From: Marsupella aquatica | Taxonomy: Eukaryota; Plantae; Marchantiophyta | Length of the DNA stretch: 64,000 nt | Direction: 5' to 3' | Assembly: GCA_973895155.1 (NCBI GenBank) | Contig: OZ316893.1 | Location: 20,878,955-20,942,954, forward strand | Shown here: in pieces, positions 55,715 through 64,000 of the stretch | How the letters are laid out: each line of letters starts with the position of its first letter | Numbering within the stretch: the stretch's first letter is position 1 | The notes under the pieces: generated by a model | Seen by the model: the letters and a program-made list of their open reading frames with translations, nothing else | Database searches by the model: none | What the model was told of the DNA's origin: nothing | Program-made: the position numbers and the translations under genes

Positions 55715-58700
55715 CACGGCTGAAACTTGCTAAGTGTTGTATAAGGTAAGGACGTCTGAGCCTGGAGCGATTGAGCCTGCATTGAGCAACATGCATGTGC
55801 AAGCAAACCCAAAGGGTCAGGGAAAGTCCTTACATCTGGGCAACAGATAGAAACAACTCCATGTCCACTTTAACGGACATTTCATTTCAGATCACTACCA
55901 GCTATTCAACAAGCCAAATCTACACCTGAGTGCATGTAGAGATGGACACAGGAAAGACATCTAGTTCCCTAACAAGCATTGCGCATATCACTCGCTGTAA
56001 ATTCATTCATTTTCTGCAAAAGGGACGATCTCCTCTCTAATTCATGATACAAAAGACATCAATCCTGCAAGTACTTACTAGCGACTTTTTTCGTTCAGTA
56101 CCTCAGTTGGCTAAATGTCAGATTCGTTGGGCTTGTTGTCAGTGCTAACGCTTGTGAGACTCGCCAATCATGTTCATTTGCACAACTTGGGGTGCAGTTG
56201 AACTTTCAAGCGTGAAAATTCGGACAACTGAGGACCTCAAGATAGCGGAGACGCGAATTTCCCGTGTCTCACTCGTGAGACACGGTCGATTACGTCGGAA
56301 TTGTACAGATCGTTGTGAACGAGTTCCATATCACGGGCTATCAAGACGAGCTGTTGTCTCTTGCTGTTCTTCAATAGCAGTAATGATGTGATGACTATGA
56401 AATTTTGATGTACCAGACACCAATAATGTAGATCCCGGAAAACTATCCATACTGTACGATAAGCAGCGCATGTCGAACAGAGCGTTCCAGTTGCCACCGA
56501 ATGACTCCACGTTTGACATAAGCCACTTCTGAGTGGGCATCTTTCTGATGCATATGCTACGTGGCAGAGTGAGATGTGTTTGGAACTCATGCTGAGGCAG
56601 CACAGGCTCACACAGCACGAATACAACCTGAGAAATTGTCAGAATTGGCGCAGAATTGCAGAATGTTGATGTTGCGTGCTTCCTCCAGTTGAGGAGAAGT
56701 TCACTGTATATTCAACAGCGTTGGGCAATGTGAAAATGTGCTGGACGCTTTGAAGGAAAGACACGTGGTGTTCACTTTCACTGCTGACAAATGTGTCCCT
56801 ATGCTACTCGAGTAACGAGAGCATATTGGATTATTGGGAGCATATTGAGAACATTCAGAACATAACTAAAGTGTCGTTTGGCTGTGAGCATGTTGAGAAC
56901 ATAACTATTATTATTTTACCAGAGTGTCGTTCGAGCTTGTGAGTCAGGAGCCTAGTACAGTGCAGTGCAGTGCTGTGCTGTGCAGTCTACTCTCTCGTCA
57001 TGCATGTGTCCAGAGCAGAGTGGCTTTTCCTTGAGAGACGGAAACATGTGCCTTCTTTGTGAGATTGGCTCTCTGTTTTTTCTTTTGCGCCAGAGTGGAG
57101 AATGTGACTTCTGTAAACGAGAAGATGCTAAGAATATTTCATATTTACTTTTCCTACTTTGGACCCTAGATTTAAGGAAAACCGTCACATTTGGGCCTGT
57201 GGAGAGGTGGAGACTGCCTAATTAAAGACAAAAAGCTTGACCACACCTGCCCCTATAAAGGGCTATGGGCAACCTCTAGCTCTCATTCTAAAGAGTACAA
57301 GTTCAGAAATGGGCTTTGAGCTCCACAAAAGGTGCCGACTGCAAAACCTTTTTTTGACAAGTACTCCACAACAAATGCTAGTGTTCCACCTTTTATGGTG
57401 AGTAGTGAGACAAGTGCTAGTGTTCCACCTTTTATGGTGAGTAGTGAGACATGGAACAGGCTTTTATAGTGGCAGGTGTGGCCAAAAGTAGTGAGGACTT
57501 TTCAGTAATGTGGAATGTAGCGAGTTTTAGAAAAGTCGTGCTCTGTCGTATTCGTTGTTAGAAACGATAGATCCAGTCACGACTCTAGAGACTCGGGATC
57601 CTACCACCTGGCAACGAGGGCGAGGAATTGGCCCCACTGAGCTATGGTCTGACATGGAAGTTTCCTGTAGAATGTCAAGTGCACTCTTTACAGTGAGAAA
57701 TTCACTTTGTGGTACCTCGACTTCCATGTTCAAATTGACTTCGTGCACCCCTTACAAACTGTATAAAATGGGGCTCGAAGCGCGAGAGGAGTGGTCTATA
57801 GTTGTGTTTTCTGATGGGGAAACCCGAGGGAAGATTGATTTGGGCTATCGTATCTTGAAAACTCTTCTGGGTCCCTCCACTAAATGCTGCCTCCCACATC
57901 CACGGCCCCGCACATTTCAAATGTGAAGACATTAGGGTGCATGTCTTCACATCCGTCGCTACTCGACCCAGCATCTTTCGATCATAAAGTCGAGCCTTCT
58001 CCTCTGCCTAACAAGCTCAAGGCGACCCAGAATCTTTCGATCAAAAAGTGAAGCCTTCTCCCCTGTCAAACCAGCTCAAGGTGCCCTAGTGGCAGAAACC
58101 GCATCGATGGAAGAAGTGTTGAGGTTAAAACCTACTACACCGAAATATATCCACAAACTCCATCCAAAATTGGGTGAACCAAATTCCGGCTACAATAGAA
58201 TACCTCCCGCAACTGGAAAACTATTTTCTTCTCATTTCTTTCTATCAAGCCCCACCAAAGAGTGGGGTTCACCGAGCCTGCTACAATAGAAAACTTCCAA
58301 CAATTAGAAGCATTTGCTTCTCATTTTTCTCTATCAAGCGCCACTCGAAAGCCGGGTACACCAACTCCTACAACACTCGAAGACCTCGAACATTTAAAGG
58401 ATATTTGCTTCTCATTCCTCTCGATCAAGCTAAATGGGCAGGTGGGCAAGCTCGTGGAGGCTGGACCCACATGGTTGTAATAATTTAGATTTCAAAGAAG
58501 ACGCATACTGAATGATGGAAGGGAGTGTGCGATCGAACACGTGAAATGGCTGCCCATCAGAATCTCATTTTGCTGCAGATAGAGTCGACGTAGCAGGGAC
58601 GATTTCAATCTCGCCTCACAGAAATCAGTGGAAACATCGAGAGGGAGAGCACAAATGTTGCTGGATTCAAGCAAGGAATCCGCTACCTTGGGGACGCATC

Positions 58701-58908
58701 GGCTCTCTGGGTGTGCTAGAAGTATGCCGCTCTCTCCTCCAGCAATTGTCGTGCCCTCCTGACAATGTGCTCCTATCCTCTCGTTGCAGCACGATCGTTT
58801 TGCTCAGGCTCCACTACTAGGACACTTGTGACAATGCGGGTCAGCCTCGTGGCTTCCCGAGAAGGTCAACACTTCCTAAAAGCCGGGTCAGTCCCCCTGT
58901 AGAGTTTA

Positions 58909-60824
58909 GACCATCTCCAATGGTGTACTCTGTTTCGTTACTGTCTACATTAAATGTACCATGAAGTGTTGATCGATTTTAGTACACTCTACATGTCAAG
59001 ATGCACCGTGAAGAGTTCACGGTTTTTAGTACACTGTGCATATCCCGTAAAGGAATGTAAAAAAAACACCCCAACTGAAAAAATGGGACCAATACCGTAT
59101 TTTTTGTTGACAGGGTTTTCTCTTATGGAGACCAAATGTTCACGGGGTTTTCTCTTGTGGAGGCCAAATCCTGCTTTGCTCCATCCACAATTCAGGAATC
59201 CATGATGGAACTCCATAGATGGTTACCTATAGGCCATTGGGGAATCAAAAAACCCCTCAAAAAACGGAGGAGTTGGCAACAATTGAGCAGAAGGCAAATG
59301 AACCTAGACCAAGATACCATTGGCAGAGTCTACATCATTAATTGCAGTTGCCCTAAATCGAAGGGCAAAGGCTATGGAGTGTTTTTGAGAATGATTCAAC
59401 TATTGCAAGTTAACCTGGGCTCACTGGATGACCAAGCCAGAAACTTTGTGCTGCTCAAATGGGAGGCAGTAGAGACAGGATTGCAGAAGCAGCTCAAGCA
59501 AGTTAAACCATTCAGGAGGAGCTGGTTGACTTACCACTCGATTTACCAAGGAGTGTGGTTGATCAGGAGAACCAGGCTCTGGAGGCCTGACATTCACTTG
59601 ATAATCAATCTTGGCACAAAGATTCAAATGAAGAATTAAATGAGCTAGCGTTGCATCAATCTACTCCTTCCAACCCCATCAATCTATCAGACATGTTGGA
59701 TGAGGAATATGAAAATCTTGGGGGTTCTTTTGCAGAATTCAGCAATCCCAACGGGCTTCAATACCAGGATGTGAACTCCTCATCTGGCATCTCCATGAAT
59801 TGGCCACATATGCTCAACTAATTAAGTGTGCTTTCAGTTGTTGAGCATTGGCAACATCACTAATTAGTCCCACAGCATGATCCTATGCTGCCACTGCACC
59901 TCAGGCCTATCAAACAGGTAATCATGTGTCAAATTGGGATCTCATCCTCAATTGTCATATTGTGTAAGATCACCACAGGTAGCCTTACAAATCAATTTCA
60001 TTATTTTGGTCTCTACCTACTCCACCATCAAGAGGAATTATGAACCATGGAAAAACGAGCATACGACACCCCAAAAGAGAGCTCAACATTGTTCTGAATT
60101 GATCCTCACTACTTTCTAGCAAACCACATTCACTAGGCACCTTGAGGATTGTATCCTACTTGAGATTGCTATGGATGTAAATTGAGTACAATTGGCATCA
60201 GTTTTGGGTGGAGCAATTTGTGCTGCAAGCGCCCATTGATTGAGCCTTTCATATCAATGAGTTGGAAATCAATTACTGATGAAGGCCAAGAAAACAATGC
60301 ACGTACATAGAACCTTTGTGAAACATTGGAGGCTTTGGGCATGACTGAAAGCTTCAGTCAGCAAAGCAATGTCCACAGAACGGATGAGGATTTTTGAGTG
60401 GGACGGCATGGCCATGAGAAAATGGAGGAAAACCCTTTGGGCAGGCCATGTCTCTTCTCTGCAGTCTAACACGTGTCCACAAGAAACCCCTATCTAAAAT
60501 ACCCCATAAGTTGCCATTGGGGTTGGCACCACTCAGCCCATACTCCCAACATACTAAAGTTAGAGTGGCCAAGAAATCCTACAGGGTATTTAATGTATAT
60601 AGTGCAAGAAACCCATTATAGTAGGAGATTTTTTCATGAATTTTGTATTCAGTCAATGCACAATTAATTATACAGCCACTCATATACAGATCAAGTAACC
60701 AAAGAGCATCACAAATGAATTTCATTCCAGTAACCCATTGTCGGTTGCCTTTTTTGCTCAACCTAACTGGGTCTAGTCAACATGGCATTTGAGTAGACTA
60801 ACCCACTACCTGTTTGAGATGCTC
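58909..60824. mobile_element. PIF/Harbinger-type element, non-autonomous or degenerate
   Basis: TTA|GACCATCTCCAA ... TTTGAGATGCTC|TTA, with subterminal GGGTTTTCTCTT / AGAAACCC motifs. Confidence 0.7.
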
Positions 60825-61559
60825 TTAGCTCGTGCTAACTGTCAGCAAACAGCAGATCTTGATTTAAACAAGATAATTCTGCTCAAGTGCAACGTCTGTG
60901 TTTTTGTTTTATTCTGGATTCAAAGGTAGGGACCTCAAAGGGCCAAAATATTTTGGGCCCTAGCTTGCCCTGGGAAGTCCACAGTCTGTGCTGTCAGGCC
61001 TCACACGGGAAATTCAGGCATGTAAATTGCGCTCTATGAAATGATAGCAGGAGTCAAGTTGAATTGGCCACATTCTTCATGACTGTGTACATGCGAGTTG
61101 GGCCTTAGGGCCATCTTGCATCATGTGTAGAGTCAGGCCTTTGAGTTTCCAACATCAAATTAAACACTTGACATGCCAACATTGAGTGAGATTTGTAAGC
61201 CTTAACCTACTCCTTAGGCAGGCCTGATGGCATATTGGGTAGAGACCCAAGGGTAACGGCCAATACTGTCCAAGCCCATGAGGTCCCAAACCTTGAAACT
61301 AGAATAAAACAAAGAGACAATTCTCATTCCCAATAGGACCCTGTAAATTTTGGATGTGGAAACTACAAGCTGGACCAGTCCAGCTTTGGTAGTTCACACA
61401 TAGCAGGGTGAACAGAGAGTGTGAAGATCTGGATCTGCATTTTACCAATACTTTTGGGAGTGATAAGGGCTAGAAACTTGTGAGATGATACATGCAAGGC
61501 GGCCCTTGACAGATAAGATAACCCAAGTTTGGGCTAGGGTTAGTAGTCTGAGGTACCAA

Positions 61560-61730
61560 TACCATGCAAGCAAGTGAATGTTCTCAATTTGACATTTTCC
61601 CCATAATTGTGAAGAAACGACACTAAATATATCACTAGGTAAACACTCTCTACATAGCAAACTCACTAGACGTCTCTCACTAGCCAGAACTTGTGTCAAA
61701 TATTTTTTCTTAAAAGTTAAGTTTTGAACT
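61560..61730 (-). mobile_element. Possible highly degenerate LINE RT fragment
   Basis: NLTFKKKYLTQVLASERRL...GKCQIENIHLL loosely resembles the LINE RT motif YKILxKVLAxRL...GRxIxDNILL. Confidence 0.3.
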
Positions 61731-62349
61731 CCCTTCTTGGCTAGAGAATTGTCTGGTTGTCCATGTGGAGTCCTACAAAAAGTGCACTTCAACTCCACAT
61801 CCAGCCAAAATCAAAGGCAAAAACAACCATAGGGCAGCAAAGAAAATGTTGCCAACAAAGAAATTACTAACTGTGGCTTGCATCATTCATAAAAACCTTC
61901 ACATAGGTTGTTACCCTTGATCCAGAATGTGACAACAAGCTCGTTTGCGGCACACAAAAGCTTTACAGTCATGAGTGTAGGTGCACCCAGTCAATCATTT
62001 TGAATGTAAGGGATAGGGTATGTTAATTAGATCAATGAATGAAGGTCGGGTACCATTAATAAGTAAATAGTGCATAGTCTCATATAGAGTAGTTAAGTCG
62101 CCTGTGTGTTTTAGAAGTGACTAAACAGTAAGGGAGTGTGAGACACTAGTAGAGTGAGATGCTAACTACCATCCATCAAATAATCTCACACATTCTTTTC
62201 ACAGTAAGTAATTTACTTGCAAAGTCTCATTTATTGCCCAATGCAAGCTTGTTGATAATATTGGGCTTGTAGGAAGGCACAGCCAGAGGCACGGTAGATT
62301 TTTTTAATCAAAAGTAAATTATTATTATTTTTGCGTGAACCCCACAGAC

Positions 62350-62713
62350 TGTTAGGTTATGCCTCTAATATAATCTATATACTTCCATAGTACTAGCTAG
62401 ACTTCAGCAGACTATTCATGATAGCACTAGTTGAGTTCAGGTTCCCATAGACCATGGGAGGGGGTATACCTAAGGGGAACACAAACTTGTGCTCACACTT
62501 GACGGTTCACTCTAGAGGAGAGAGAGAGTGAGAGAGTGAGAGGAGGAGCTCTAGCACGTTGGCTATGGCGGGTGTAATCATTTTGCATTAGTGGATTTCT
62601 CTCACGATTGTGGACGTAGCCCAGATGGGGGGAACCATGTACTTTCTGTGTTGGAATCTATGGATAAATGTTCACACATGTTGGTGTTATCTCGTCTAGA
62701 TCATATCCCAACA
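62350..62713 (+). mobile_element. Solo LTR (copia-like), 364 bp
   Basis: TGTTAG...CCAACA with CAGAC TSD (62345-62349 and 62714-62718); shares the GTGGACGTAGCC...GAACCA motif with the Copia-B LTRs. Confidence 0.88.
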
Positions 62714-63839
62714 CAGACGAGAACACAGTCGGGGAAACAGACAATGAAACCCAAAGGCAACAAGCCACAAAGGGCAATGGGACAGTAGAGTTTGAAAGTG
62801 GCAAACTAATATGACGTCTCCTTTTGAGAGTCCCTTCAAGATAGAGAAGGGAACCAATCTAGTGGAGAGCACTATCAGATCAACCATATTCAGATGATTA
62901 ATCCAGGGCAGTTGATGAACTATAAAGAAATATACTATTATATGTTAAAGCTGAAAAGGTAGGACAACCTCAAAGGTTGGTAACGTACATCATATCCGGG
63001 CATCATATACTAGTAGTAGAATTAGATAACTAGTAGCCACCTCAATTGGAGAAAGATGACCTAACTCCACTTCCTAAAATCCTGATCTGCTCCTCCTCTA
63101 GTAATGCTTGGCGTGACAAGTAGGTCTCATGTGTTTCTTGTTCAGTCAGATGTTCTTGTCACCACAGTGAGGTGGTCAAGAGCTTCCAAAATGAAAAGTA
63201 TTGGGTCAAAAGTCTGACGTTTGAACGGGCAAGGAGGGTGAGGCCCTTGGGCAAGGCATATAGGCACATAGCGCCTTCCCTAGCCTGCATGTCCGCCCCC
63301 ATGCCCATCCTGCATGCTTTGATATTTATGCCCATGTCTAGATTAAGAAAAACTAAGTATATTAACTCCTTTAATATTCCAAAATTCAATAAACAAAATT
63401 AAAAAATAAAATATTCCAAATTTTGGTTTTTTTTTAAATTATCTTCCCTTATAAATATAAAAAATAATTGGATTTAAAAAACCCAAAAGTTCCTAAACAA
63501 ATCTTTGTAAGTCTTTCTTCAGAAACTATAAAATGACCTTGTGCTTGTTGCACATGATATGTTATTCTTGCCAAAGTGAAACCCCTGATGTATCATAATG
63601 ATAAAGACAAAAATCACAAAATTTATCCTCAACAGCTCAATTTCATTCCCGTCAGGATCCAAAAGACAGTTTTAACACACTTTGAGAGTTTTATGCCAAC
63701 TAATATGAGGTCGGAGGAATATTTATAGACTGTCTCTCCCATGTCCTAAGCAATTTAGCTGCTATGCTCATAATGATGTGGGTGACACTCGCGTCCACGA
63801 GTGTTGGGTATTTACTCTTACGTCTAGGTTAGGTATGAC

Positions 63840-64000
63840 GTGGTTGGTACAACAACGTGGGTTGGTACAACTACGTGGTTAGGTACAACTATGTGATTAG
63901 GTACAACTATGTGGTTAGGTACAACTACGTGATTAGGTACAACTATGTGGTTAGGTACAACTACGTGAATAGGTACAACTATGTGGTTAGGTACAACTAT
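63840..64000. repeat. 18-bp minisatellite running off the window end
   Basis: Unit GTG(G/A)TTAGGTACAACTA(T/C), about 9 copies visible. Confidence 0.95.

Noticed and set aside
56079-56626. Transit-peptide exon for NADP-ME
   Set aside because: The obvious donor at 56078 puts an in-frame stop before the 55714 ATG; at most a 5' UTR exon.

Overview
Land-plant nuclear DNA (spliceosomal introns, plant gene families, TE-rich; a non-seed plant is a guess). Host genes: a DUF4535/STMP1-like microprotein, a duplicated GPI-anchored phytocyanin pair (one intact, one pseudogenised, each with an eroded miR408-like site), an orphan ORF with an internal repeat, and a 19-exon NADP-malic enzyme. There are two full-length Ty1/copia elements with TSDs. 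Copia-A (6762-12603) is young and carries an intact antisense ORF between pol and the 3' LTR, encoding a stand-alone RNase H1 hybrid-binding (caulimovirus viroplasmin) domain; this is the most notable find. Copia-B (19185-29928) hosts four nested insertions and has a hairpin-dense leader. Also present: solo LTRs, MITEs with 8-bp and probable 4-bp TSDs, PIF/Harbinger-type elements, a truncated poly(A) retroelement and tandem repeats. All calls were made by eye; no searches were run.
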